Below are positions 19,156 through 28,639 of a stretch of DNA of 64,000 nt, in pieces (position 1 is the first letter of the stretch; the number at the start of each line of letters is the position of its first letter). Made by a program: the position numbers and the translations under genes. The stretch comes from Candidatus Altimarinota bacterium (GTDB lineage Bacteria > Patescibacteriota > Gracilibacteria > UBA4473): contig OZ246423.1 of the NCBI GenBank assembly GCA_965231215.1, forward strand, positions 512,001 through 576,000. The letters are read 5' to 3'. The notes under the pieces are model-generated. The model was given only the letters and a program-made list of their open reading frames with translations. It did no database searches and was not told the DNA's origin.

Positions 19156-20442
19156 ATGAACAAAAGTAAACTCTCAAAATCGATTCTCAAACGGATAGAA
19201 ACTGAAAATATTCAGCCAACATCCAAATGGTATTTTGTATTCAAAAATCTGAGCTTCTGGATCTTCTTTGCTTTGGCCATGATGGTTGGAGCCATAAGTT
19301 TTTCAATTATGGTATACGCCTTACAAAACACAGATTTTGAAATGCTTCAGTATTTAGAAGAAAGTGAGGGCCTTAGTGAAATTTTGGCCATGATGCCTTT
19401 CCTCTGGGTATTTGCTATCGGCATGGCCACTGGAATCGGCATCTGGGGACTCAAAAATACGAAACGCGGTTATCGAATCGCCATCTTCGGACTTATCGGG
19501 AGTAATATCCTAGGCAGTATGTTCTTGGGAAGCCTCGTTCACGGAGTCGGAGGCGGCGAATACATTGAAGAAATTTTAGAAGAAAAAGTAGAGTTCTATG
19601 AAGGCGTTCGAAAAAAACACCAAAAATTTTGGGGCAACCCAGAAGTTACAGGACGCCTTGGAGGCATTGTTCAATCCGTTGATAAAACCACTCAAACAAT
19701 GACTATTTCAGGCCCTCGAGGACGAACCTGGGAAGTCAAAGTAGAAGATAGTAAATACCCAATTGAAATTGGGAAACCCATTAAAATGAAAGGACAGTTC
19801 ACTCCAGGAGGACAGTTTAAACCCGCACATATCAAACCCGCCCTCAGGCATGAAAAAATGCATCGAAAAATCAAAAGGCATTTTGAAAAAAATCCCGAAC
19901 TCAGAGAAAAAGTAAAATCTTTCCTGCCCCCAGAAACTCAAGAAAAATTTAAAACCCTCGAAAACAAAGATATTTCACCAGCACAGAGGCACGAAATCAT
20001 GAGGGAAGTAAGACAAACTCTCACCCCAGCACAAAGAGAAGAAATCCATCAAGAGGTTAAAGCCTCCATAAAACAGGAACAGCAAGAACGCCGAGAGTTA
20101 AAACAAAAAATAGATACAAACCTAGAACCATCAGAACGAAAAGCCCTAAGACAGGCTACAAAATCAGGGGAACCCCTATCTCCGGCACTAAAGCAAAAAA
20201 TAAACAACACCCTCACCCCAAAAGAGCAACAAGTTATGAAAGCCAAAATTCAAGAAACACAGGAAGACCAAAAAAGAAAAAAAGGCATAAAAACTCAAAT
20301 AAGAGAAAAAATATCAGAGGAAAAACGTGAACATATCCACGAAAAATTTAGACGTACGGGGAATCTCTCTAGGCCAGAAAGGTCACAACTACAAAACCTA
20401 AAACAATCCATAAGACCTGGCGAACCGGCTCGTCAAAGATAA
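19156..20442 (+). CDS. Putative membrane anti-sigma factor
   Basis: Starts 2 nt after the sigma gene; three TM helices, a beta-rich domain, then a helical tail with LTPxQ-like repeats. Confidence 0.6.
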   Translation: MNKSKLSKSILKRIETENIQPTSKWYFVFKNLSFWIFFALAMMVGAISFSIMVYALQNTDFEMLQYLEESEGLSEILAMMPFLWVFAIGMATGIGIWGLKNTKRGYRIAIFGLIGSNILGSMFLGSLVHGVGGGEYIEEILEEKVEFYEGVRKKHQKFWGNPEVTGRLGGIVQSVDKTTQTMTISGPRGRTWEVKVEDSKYPIEIGKPIKMKGQFTPGGQFKPAHIKPALRHEKMHRKIKRHFEKNPELREKVKSFLPPETQEKFKTLENKDISPAQRHEIMREVRQTLTPAQREEIHQEVKASIKQEQQERRELKQKIDTNLEPSERKALRQATKSGEPLSPALKQKINNTLTPKEQQVMKAKIQETQEDQKRKKGIKTQIREKISEEKREHIHEKFRRTGNLSRPERSQLQNLKQSIRPGEPARQR

Positions 20443-20464
20443 ATTTTGTGGTATGCTAGAGTTC

Positions 20465-20860
20465 ATGGACATATTTCTGTTGGTAGCCATAGTAATTTGC
20501 ATCTTGATTTTGGGGTTATGCGCCTGGAAACTAAAACCACGCAAAAGACTCCACAAAACCTTATGCAATAAGGCTGTCTTTGATATTGAAAATACTAAAA
20601 CATTGGACCCAAACCATAGCCTTATGGACAGTCACAAGATATTTATAGCCGCGCTCAAAACTCTATTCCCAAAAGAAAAAGAACTTCATGCTGCTCAGCT
20701 CATTGCCAGGGTAGATCAACAATTTCCTAACACCCAAAACATCTGGAAACTGCACAAACTCAGGAACAAAGCTGCCCATCAACCTAACTTTGAGATTTAT
20801 CCAAAAACCGCTCAGAATGCTCGTTATGAATTTGTAAGAGCTTTAAAGTCTTTAATTTAA
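20465..20860 (+). CDS. Hypothetical membrane-anchored protein
   Basis: N-terminal TM; WKLHKLRNKAAHQ motif; start chosen 7 nt after TATGCT. Confidence 0.65.
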   Translation: MDIFLLVAIVICILILGLCAWKLKPRKRLHKTLCNKAVFDIENTKTLDPNHSLMDSHKIFIAALKTLFPKEKELHAAQLIARVDQQFPNTQNIWKLHKLRNKAAHQPNFEIYPKTAQNARYEFVRALKSLI

Positions 20861-20883
20861 GGCTTAATTTTTTTGTAGCTTTC

Positions 20884-23337
20884 CTAATTTTCAGTCGGTT
20901 TATCTTTCGTTTTGTGCTGTTTTTTGTCTTGCTCGGTACGGCTCCATCGACGGATTTTTTCTTCTACCTGTTCTCGAGGTTTGGCGTAACGTTGCCTTGA
21001 GAAGTTAATAATTTTTTGAGCCCGCTCTTCTGGATCTTCATCAGGTTTATGATCTGGAGGAGGCAAAGTATCTCCTGAAAATACCGGCGTGGTCATCCCA
21101 TCGACCATGATCCGGTTATAGACTTTATATTTTGGCAAACTCGCTAAGTTAATTGGCAAAATACGCTCTTCATCAAACTGCTCAGAAAGCACCTTAGCAT
21201 CATCAATCCCTACCTGAAAACTGACCAAACTTCCTACATTTCCAAAGACGGCAGCACGAACTTCATCACTCATTTGTTCAATGTACTGATTAGCCATCGT
21301 AAGTGAGAGTTTATATTTTCGAGCTTCAGATAAAATTGTCGCGAACGAATCCGTCGCAAAATTCTGGAATTCATCTACAAACAGAGCAAAATCTTTTCTC
21401 TCTTTTTCAGGCGTATCGGCTCGGCTCATTGCATCAATCTGAAACTTGGTAATCAGCATTGACCCCAGCATCGTGGAATTATCTTCCCCAATTTTTCCTT
21501 TTGATAGATTCACAATCACAATCTTGCCAGTATCCATGGCAAATCGAAGATCTAAAGTAGATTTTGGTTGTCCCATAATATTTCGAATAATTGGGGCTGA
21601 CAAAAACTGTCCAACCTTGTTTTGGATCGGCCCAACCGCCTCTGCCAACTTTGATGGAGGGAGCGCTGAAAATTCTGTTTTCCAAAAATTCAGCACCATA
21701 GGGTCTTCTACAAAGTGTAATATTTTTTCTCTATAGTCTTTGTCCACCAGCATTCTTGGAATTCCCAAAATAGTGGTATCTGGGGCTTCAATAAGCGCCA
21801 AAATAGTATTCCGTAAAAAATGTTCAAGCCTGGGACCCCAACTTTCAGCATACAGTTTTTTAAACACCCCAACCAATCCTGAAGCAATCACGGCTCTTTG
21901 TTCTGTATTTTTACCTTCCAGCATATTGAAAGAAACCGGAAAATCTCGATCAGCTGGATCAAAAATTACCACGTCATTGGTTCGGTTTTTAGGAATAAAC
22001 CGCAACACCGCTTCCGCTAGATCTCCATGAGGGTCAATCACGCCTACCCCTTTTCCAGCTTCTATATCTGACCGGATCATGTTTTCCAAAAGGGTAGATT
22101 TTCCCATGCCAGTTTTTCCAATAACATAGACATGTCTGCGTCTATCATCATTACGAATTCCATAAAACTGGTGATTAGTCCTAAAATTGGTTTTCCCAAT
22201 TAAAGTAATATTGCCCTCCCTATCGCTTGGTAAATGGGAAGGCGGTTCTAATTTTGGACTTTCTACCCAAGCAATACTAGGAGTGGTAACCGTTTCTGTA
22301 GGTAAATGATAGATGGTAGCCAGCTCCTCTTGAGAAAGGGCAAATGGTTTGTTCTGTCGTCTTCGAACCACCTTTTGAAACTGAGAGGATTTGGTATCCC
22401 TGGCTAAAGTAGAAATTTCTAAGCTATTGTGTTCTGCTAAAGAAAACTGTTGGAAGGATCCAACTATTTCCCGGATTTTAGCCTCAGCATGCAACGGATC
22501 AGGATCTGAGTGAATATAAACAGCACGAATATTTACTCCAAAATTCAGACGAATCAGTTTATCATATCCAGCCGTAAAAAGCGTTTCTCGATCATGCCGG
22601 GATGAGGTTTGAGCCTGCCGGTCTAAATCCTCTTCTTCATCATTGGTTCGAACAGAATCTAAACTCCCTCCTTTTTTCCACCCAAACAAAAAAATACACA
22701 TCCCCCAAAGAGGGGAACGTACAATTCGTTTTGATCGCAGAGGGTCTAAGCGCGCCCATTGATAAAAATCCCTAAACCAGTCCCAACGCCAAGGGCTAGA
22801 ACCCATAAATCTTCTAAGCGTGGATTGAGCCACTTCATTCCATTTTTTCTCAATAGGGGAAACGACAAACTGCAAGACGGCTGTATCTTGAGCCTCATAG
22901 AGGTGAGATAACGCTGAAGTAATGGGGCCTAAAGGGTCCTCAAAAGTTTGGTTCAGTTTATCCTCAAATTGAGGATATCTTTTCAGGGGAAAAACATAGG
23001 GACGTCCAGGCCTAAGAGTCGCTACCAAAGTCTGACGGCCCTTGACCAAAGATTTGGTAAAGTACTCTGGAACTGCCTCAATTTCGACGCCTGGATATTG
23101 AGCATAAATTTGTGAAGAAATCAGTGTTCTCAAGTGATTCGGAACCACAATATAAAAATATATCCGTCCTCCATGACGCACAATTTCAAAACTTACAGAC
23201 TCATCCTTAATCTTTTTGACCTCTTTAGATAAGAGACCGTGCAAGCTCGCCAAAATCTGCTCAAAGGCTAAAGGTCCACGTGTATTACCTCGAGGAATTT
23301 CAAGACGAAGGACTGTTTTGGGGGCAGATTTGGACAT
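20884..23337 (-). CDS. VirD4/TraD-like coupling ATPase (HerA-FtsK superfamily)
   Basis: DRRRHVYVIGKTGMGKST Walker A, IDPHGD, FVDEFQNFAT Walker B, SEARKY. Confidence 0.88.
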   Translation of the reverse strand: MSKSAPKTVLRLEIPRGNTRGPLAFEQILASLHGLLSKEVKKIKDESVSFEIVRHGGRIYFYIVVPNHLRTLISSQIYAQYPGVEIEAVPEYFTKSLVKGRQTLVATLRPGRPYVFPLKRYPQFEDKLNQTFEDPLGPITSALSHLYEAQDTAVLQFVVSPIEKKWNEVAQSTLRRFMGSSPWRWDWFRDFYQWARLDPLRSKRIVRSPLWGMCIFLFGWKKGGSLDSVRTNDEEEDLDRQAQTSSRHDRETLFTAGYDKLIRLNFGVNIRAVYIHSDPDPLHAEAKIREIVGSFQQFSLAEHNSLEISTLARDTKSSQFQKVVRRRQNKPFALSQEELATIYHLPTETVTTPSIAWVESPKLEPPSHLPSDREGNITLIGKTNFRTNHQFYGIRNDDRRRHVYVIGKTGMGKSTLLENMIRSDIEAGKGVGVIDPHGDLAEAVLRFIPKNRTNDVVIFDPADRDFPVSFNMLEGKNTEQRAVIASGLVGVFKKLYAESWGPRLEHFLRNTILALIEAPDTTILGIPRMLVDKDYREKILHFVEDPMVLNFWKTEFSALPPSKLAEAVGPIQNKVGQFLSAPIIRNIMGQPKSTLDLRFAMDTGKIVIVNLSKGKIGEDNSTMLGSMLITKFQIDAMSRADTPEKERKDFALFVDEFQNFATDSFATILSEARKYKLSLTMANQYIEQMSDEVRAAVFGNVGSLVSFQVGIDDAKVLSEQFDEERILPINLASLPKYKVYNRIMVDGMTTPVFSGDTLPPPDHKPDEDPEERAQKIINFSRQRYAKPREQVEEKIRRWSRTEQDKKQHKTKDKPTEN

Positions 23338-23382
23338 TTTAGTATATCCTCAACAGTATATATTTAATATTGAATATTTTCA

Positions 23383-23676
23383 TCATAAATTGTGAATCAG
23401 CCAAGCTGGTAAAATATTTTTGGGCCATTTAGAATTTTCTAATACAAAAATTTCTATCGCACTGGGAAGATCATTTTCTGATAAAAAATAATTTACTTCA
23501 TCAAAAAGTTCTGGGTTAGAGCCTTCTATATCAATAAGCCAAGCCAAAAAACCTTCTGGTAATCTATTTTCGCCAAGGGCAACTTCAAAAAAGACTGACT
23601 CCTCTCTCCTCCGTTTATTTTCAGCTAGAGCTGCTTCCCATATATCATCACTGAGTTGTTCTTCAGGCTGCTTCAT
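23383..23676 (-). CDS. Hypothetical acidic protein
   Basis: 97-aa ORF between tRNA-Leu and the ATPase gene. Confidence 0.5.
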   Translation of the reverse strand: MKQPEEQLSDDIWEAALAENKRRREESVFFEVALGENRLPEGFLAWLIDIEGSNPELFDEVNYFLSENDLPSAIEIFVLENSKWPKNILPAWLIHNL

Positions 23677-23695
23677 TTAATTATAAAACTCAATT

Positions 23696-23786
23696 TGGTG
23701 CACGAGAGAGGACTTGAACCTCCACGGGCATAAAAGTGCCCACTAGCCCCTCAAGCTAGCGCGTCTACCAATTCCGCCACTCGTGC
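23696..23786 (-). tRNA. tRNA-Leu(GAG)
   Basis: CTAGC-TTGAGGG-GCTAG anticodon arm, long variable arm, CCA end. Confidence 0.95.
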
Positions 23787-23805
23787 TCAGGAAGTTTTAA
23801 AAATT

Positions 23806-23880
<75 letters not shown>

Positions 23881-23916
23881 TCATTTAAATAGCTGAGCGA
23901 GTGTAAGATTTTAGCC

Positions 23917-24534
23917 CTAATTGTCAAACCACTTCAAGTCATCTACGCTTTTTCGAGGTAGTGGTGTTTCTATGCGGCTAGTATCGGCCTTTCCCAAAGC
24001 GATCAGCATGACCGGCAGCAGGTTTTCGGGGAGCGCTAAATATGTACGAAGTTCGAGTTGCTTACACCCCATCATTGGACAAGTAGAAAACCCTAAATCC
24101 TCTGCCGCAAACAAAAAATGCATCGCCGCCATACTACAGCCTCGAATCACCATTTCTTTTTTCTTCCAATCCTCTCTGTCTTTTACCAATGAGGCTTTTA
24201 GGGCTTCAGCTTTTTTTTGATTAAAGTCACGAAATTCAACCCACTCAGATATAATTCTGTCCGTTTCATTTTTTCCAAAGTCTTTATCGCCTAATACAAC
24301 AACCAAATTTCCTGCTTCTAGAATGTGGTCTTGGTTATAGCAGATTGGGTGTAGGTCTTTTAACTGTGCATCCTCTTGGATGAGTTTGAATTTCCACGGT
24401 TGAGCATTGTATCCAGAAGGGGTATAACGCACATACTCTAATATTTGATCAAAATCCGATTCAGCAATTTTGAATCCCTTTTGAAAAAAGTGATTCGAGC
24501 GGCGTTTTTTTACAAGATCAGAAAATTCCATCAT
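23917..24534 (-). CDS. Nitroreductase family protein
   Basis: KRRS, TPSGYNAQPW, GFSTCPMMG, PRKS. Confidence 0.9.
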   Translation of the reverse strand: MMEFSDLVKKRRSNHFFQKGFKIAESDFDQILEYVRYTPSGYNAQPWKFKLIQEDAQLKDLHPICYNQDHILEAGNLVVVLGDKDFGKNETDRIISEWVEFRDFNQKKAEALKASLVKDREDWKKKEMVIRGCSMAAMHFLFAAEDLGFSTCPMMGCKQLELRTYLALPENLLPVMLIALGKADTSRIETPLPRKSVDDLKWFDN

Positions 24535-24643
24535 GAATAAGGGTAAAGGGAAAAGGTTAAAAGTGAAAATATAAAAAGCAATAAAACATCAGATTGCTTA
24601 GTATTTAAGAAGAAATTGGAGTTTGCCGCACAATGACAGAAAT

Positions 24644-24764
24644 AAAAATCCTCAAAATTTTTTTATACGAAACGACCAGTAAAAATTATAGCGAGATATA
24701 GTAAAACTACGTTGAGCGAATTTTTACGCAGGCAACGAAGTATAGAAGAATTTTCAGGATTTTT
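24644..24764. repeat. Long imperfect palindromic intergenic element
   Basis: AAAAATCCTCAAAATTTTTTTATAC pairs with GTATAGAAGAATTTTCAGGATTTTT; inner GTAAAAATT/AATTTTTAC. Confidence 0.65.
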
Positions 24765-25158
24765 AGCTAATTCCTGAATAAGTAAGCGCAATAATACTCT
24801 TAACAATAATGTAAGAGAAGATAATGAGCACCAAACCGGCTAAAGACCAGAGAAGTCCTTTTTTGGCCTTAGTAAGAGCTTCTTGTTCCCCAAAAGAAAA
24901 AATCATTCTTCCGCCATTAATCACAATAAAAAGCACCGCCACTACCGCCGCTACACTGGCAATACCATCCGCTACTTTTTGAATCAGGCTACTGACGGCC
25001 GTAACCACCCCTTGAGGACTTCCTGGACTTCCCACGGTAGCGCCTGGAGTATATTTAACCCGAGGAAGCGTATAGGCTAAAACTTCATTCACCCAAAACA
25101 ACGATACGAGCCCAAAGGCTATCACTTGAGGCTGAAAACGTCTCAATTTTTCTATCAT
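24763..25158 (-). CDS. VirB2/TrbC-like T4SS pilin
   Basis: Signal peptide then AVLFIVINGG...G...KAK..L..GL. Confidence 0.8.
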   Translation of the reverse strand: MIEKLRRFQPQVIAFGLVSLFWVNEVLAYTLPRVKYTPGATVGSPGSPQGVVTAVSSLIQKVADGIASVAAVVAVLFIVINGGRMIFSFGEQEALTKAKKGLLWSLAGLVLIIFSYIIVKSIIALTYSGIS

Positions 25159-25159
25159 C

Positions 25160-25555
25160 TTAAGCGAATATAAAGTAAATGGCTTTCATTAGTGAGTAAC
25201 TAATTACAATAAATAGAATTCCAACGACTCCATAACGGAAAAAATCACGGGCTTTTTTAACCTGTTCTTCGTCTTGAGCGGCATAAATAAATTTAAGTCC
25301 AGCCAGAATAAACATAACAAATACAATGGGCGCCGTTACCAAAATCAAAATTTCAATGACTTTGGGAATAAAGTAGATAATCAGTCTTCCACTCCCTGAA
25401 GTTATATCCCCTGAATTACTCCCCAAGACCCCTTGAACCTGCCCACCACCTCCCCAGGCTGGAAACACAGCATTTGGGTTAAATCCTTGAGCATATACTT
25501 CTGGTACAAACAGAAGTAATGCCAACAAAAATACCAGGGCTACAACAGATTTCAT
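25160..25555 (-). CDS. VirB2/TrbC-like T4SS pilin
   Basis: MFILAGLKFI...EEQVKKAR...VVG. Confidence 0.8.
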   Translation of the reverse strand: MKSVVALVFLLALLLFVPEVYAQGFNPNAVFPAWGGGGQVQGVLGSNSGDITSGSGRLIIYFIPKVIEILILVTAPIVFVMFILAGLKFIYAAQDEEQVKKARDFFRYGVVGILFIVISYSLMKAIYFIFA

Positions 25556-26056
25556 CTAGCTTAAATAATTAAGGTTAATAACAATCTGGACCGCCGTATA
25601 AGAGAGAATGACCATGATGACTCCCAGTATGGCCCAAATAATAGTATTCCGAGCTTTATCGTACATTTCCTGATCTCCTCCAGCGAAGATATACATTAAT
25701 CCTCCAACAATAACTACCGCTACAGAGGCTGCCAGTAAAAAAGCGGCCACCCAATTGGTAAGCTGAGGAATCATCCCATCTCTTACATGCGTTACTCCCG
25801 CGGCAGCACTTCCTGGGCCGGCCAATATTCCGCCATTTGGAACATTAGGGCCCCCCCCTCCGCCACCGCCACCAAAAGCAAGACCAGATCCCCCACTAGA
25901 GCCCCCCCTAAAAGCATTAATAAAAGAGGAAGCCGTATTTACAGCGGCAGAAATACCATTCACAATACCTCCAAAACTAAGAGCCTGTACCGGTTGTACA
26001 GTCGTGGCAGTCCCCACAAACAGTAAAAGGCAGAAAGAAAGAATAATTTTTCGCAT
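25556..26056 (-). CDS. VirB2/TrbC-like T4SS pilin with Gly-rich linker
   Basis: IVGGLMYIFAGGD...KARNTIIWAILG. Confidence 0.85.
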   Translation of the reverse strand: MRKIILSFCLLLFVGTATTVQPVQALSFGGIVNGISAAVNTASSFINAFRGGSSGGSGLAFGGGGGGGGPNVPNGGILAGPGSAAAGVTHVRDGMIPQLTNWVAAFLLAASVAVVIVGGLMYIFAGGDQEMYDKARNTIIWAILGVIMVILSYTAVQIVINLNYLS

Positions 26057-26131
26057 GCTTTTGTTTTTCTATTCTCCTCATTATATCAAGACTTGAAGAA
26101 AAAATCAAATTTTGGTATAATGATCCGATCA

Positions 26132-27229
26132 ATGAAAAAAGACGTAGAAGTTTCTATAGAAAAAGTAGAGCAGATTAGGGCTCGAGCCTTAAAGCTTGGA
26201 GCTTCCGATATATTTCTATCGGCTGGCTCAAAGCCAGCAGCTCGAGTAAACGGAAAAACTATATTCTTCAATGATGAAGCCATCATCACCAATACTATTC
26301 TAGAAAGGTATCTTTTGGGAAAAATCGGTATAGAAGAAAGAGATAACCTCAACAAAAAGTTAGAATTTGATTTTGCGGTAGACTCAGAAGATGGAAAACA
26401 GCGTTTCCGAGTGAATGCTTTCTGGCAAATGGGAGGGCTTTCTATTGTTTTCCGGTATATCCCTGAAAATGTCCCTACATTTGAAGAACTCAACCTCCCA
26501 AACCAAATCCGGAGAGTAACCGAATACAAAAATGGGCTGATTCTCGTGACTGGGGCGATGGGTTCAGGGAAATCAACAACTCTGGCTTCGATAATTGATC
26601 TGATAAACAAAAATTATCACAAGCATATCGTAACCATTGAAGACCCCATTGAATTTATTCACAAAGACAATCTTTCATTGATTGAACAAAGAGAACTTGA
26701 AATTCATACTAACAGCTATGATAAGGCTCTCAGATCCTGCCTCCGTGAAGCCGCCGATGTAATTCTGGTAGGAGAGCTGCGAGATTTAGACACAATTCAA
26801 GGAGCTATCACCGCTGCAGAAACGGGCGCCTTAGTCTTTGCTACAGTACATACTAACGGAGCTCCAAATGCCGTTAATCGTATTATTGATGTTTTCCCCG
26901 CTGAACAACAAAACCAGGTCAGAACACAACTAGCCGAAGTCCTTAGATGTGTCATTTGGCAAACCCTTCTCCCTCTCAAAAATGAAGATAGGCGAGTCGC
27001 TGCATTTGAAATTCTATTCCAGACTTATGCCGTATCAAACCTCATCCGTGAAGGAAAAACCTACCAATTAGATTCGGTCATTGAAACTGGGCAAACCGAA
27101 GGGATGATTTCTATGAAAAAGACTTTAGATTGGTTGTTAGAGAATGACCTTATTACAACAGACACCGCACACAGGACGCTCCCAAATCTGTTTGATTCAG
27201 CTGTAAAACACCAAAATCCAGAAACATAA
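26132..27229 (+). CDS. pilT: Type IV pilus retraction ATPase PilT
   Basis: RFRVN, TGAMGSGKSTT, TIEDPIE, VGELRD, AAETG, TVHT. Confidence 0.9.
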   Translation: MKKDVEVSIEKVEQIRARALKLGASDIFLSAGSKPAARVNGKTIFFNDEAIITNTILERYLLGKIGIEERDNLNKKLEFDFAVDSEDGKQRFRVNAFWQMGGLSIVFRYIPENVPTFEELNLPNQIRRVTEYKNGLILVTGAMGSGKSTTLASIIDLINKNYHKHIVTIEDPIEFIHKDNLSLIEQRELEIHTNSYDKALRSCLREAADVILVGELRDLDTIQGAITAAETGALVFATVHTNGAPNAVNRIIDVFPAEQQNQVRTQLAEVLRCVIWQTLLPLKNEDRRVAAFEILFQTYAVSNLIREGKTYQLDSVIETGQTEGMISMKKTLDWLLENDLITTDTAHRTLPNLFDSAVKHQNPET

Positions 27230-27230
27230 T

Positions 27231-28592
27231 TTACAAAGATTCCTGAGTTACCCCTAGGATAACTTTAATATCTACAATACTGTTGTTGGTATTTTGATCT
27301 GATTCAATGTGCTCCAGAGTCGATCTATTTTCAAAACCCAAAAACTCCTTAATAAAGTTCTGCGTAAGGGTCGTGCTATTACTAGAGATAACTTCAAAAA
27401 AAGATCTAAAGACGGGTTTCTGATCTTGCTTGTAGTTTCCGGTTTCAATTACATGAAATCCAAATTTTCTAAGCCGAGTAGCCATATCCCCAGCCAGACC
27501 GTTAATCCCTGACCCATTCAAGACAGAAATCTGAGCATTTTCAAGCAATACTTCAGGCGTAATAAGGGTTAACTCAATAAACTTTTGGGTATCTCTTAGA
27601 TTTTCTGGAAGCAGCACAAACTGTCCTCCATAAAACTCTCGTGCCGGCGCATACAAAAATCCACCTCGCTCTAATGGATCATCATTAAGAACAGCGCTTA
27701 CTAGGTTATCATAGTTCAGTTCAGAAGCAGTCTTAGTGAGAACTAAGATTTCCTTAATCCCAAGGTCTGTATTCACGTTAGATTTAAACACCTGGTACAA
27801 AGATTTAATCCGCTCTGTATCAAATAAGATATCTGAATCCTGCGCTTTTTGTTTGATGGCCATAATCAAATCTTGCTGGCGTCTGGCTCGACTGTAATCT
27901 GAAGAAGTCTTGCGACTTCTGGCATATTTAAGAGCCGTAGGCCCGTCTAACGTTTGAATTCCTTTCCGAATCACAAACCGCTGATACCCATAATTATCTG
28001 CCGGATAAAACGGATCATCAATATCCTCAGGTACAAACATTTTTATACCCCCAAGTTCATCAACCGTATCTTCAAATACCTGGAAATTTACGACCGCTCC
28101 ATAATGAATTTCAATGTTAGTGAAGTGACTTATGGCTTGTTTAGCAATTGCGAGCCCTTTTTGATCTCCGTATTTATATCGAGCTGCTGCATAAATTTCA
28201 TTTACTTTCCTAGCTCCGGCTTCAGAATCTATGTACAGATCTCGAGGCAAGCTCAACATAGAAACCGTTGGTTTTTTATGGTTAATCGAAACTATCATAA
28301 TAGAATCCGACAAATTCCCGCCTTCTTCATTTTTACCCGCCACCCCTAAAAGCAAAAGATTTGTATTCCCATATTCATCCTCCTCTAAGAGTGAAAAACT
28401 TGGCAGGACTCTCGTTGATCCTTCACCAAAATGCCCCCACTTTAATAGAGCTGTGCCTATCAGAAATATAAAACTGATTAAAAAGGTGAAAAAAAGGAAC
28501 CAAGCCCCTCGCCCGCCAAATATATCTCGAACTTTTTGCCAGAGCTTCACTTTTGATTTTTTCTGGCGAATTTTTTTTACCTTAAAACTCAT
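27231..28592 (-). CDS. LCP family glycopolymer transferase with LytR C-terminal domain
   Basis: SDSIM, SLPRD, YARSR, DYSRARRQQ; VLNGSGINGLA. Confidence 0.92.
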   Translation of the reverse strand: MSFKVKKIRQKKSKVKLWQKVRDIFGGRGAWFLFFTFLISFIFLIGTALLKWGHFGEGSTRVLPSFSLLEEDEYGNTNLLLLGVAGKNEEGGNLSDSIMIVSINHKKPTVSMLSLPRDLYIDSEAGARKVNEIYAAARYKYGDQKGLAIAKQAISHFTNIEIHYGAVVNFQVFEDTVDELGGIKMFVPEDIDDPFYPADNYGYQRFVIRKGIQTLDGPTALKYARSRKTSSDYSRARRQQDLIMAIKQKAQDSDILFDTERIKSLYQVFKSNVNTDLGIKEILVLTKTASELNYDNLVSAVLNDDPLERGGFLYAPAREFYGGQFVLLPENLRDTQKFIELTLITPEVLLENAQISVLNGSGINGLAGDMATRLRKFGFHVIETGNYKQDQKPVFRSFFEVISSNSTTLTQNFIKEFLGFENRSTLEHIESDQNTNNSIVDIKVILGVTQESL

Positions 28593-28639
28593 CAGATCAA
28601 TGGTACAAAATTACGTATAACGATCAACGGGCTTTTATA

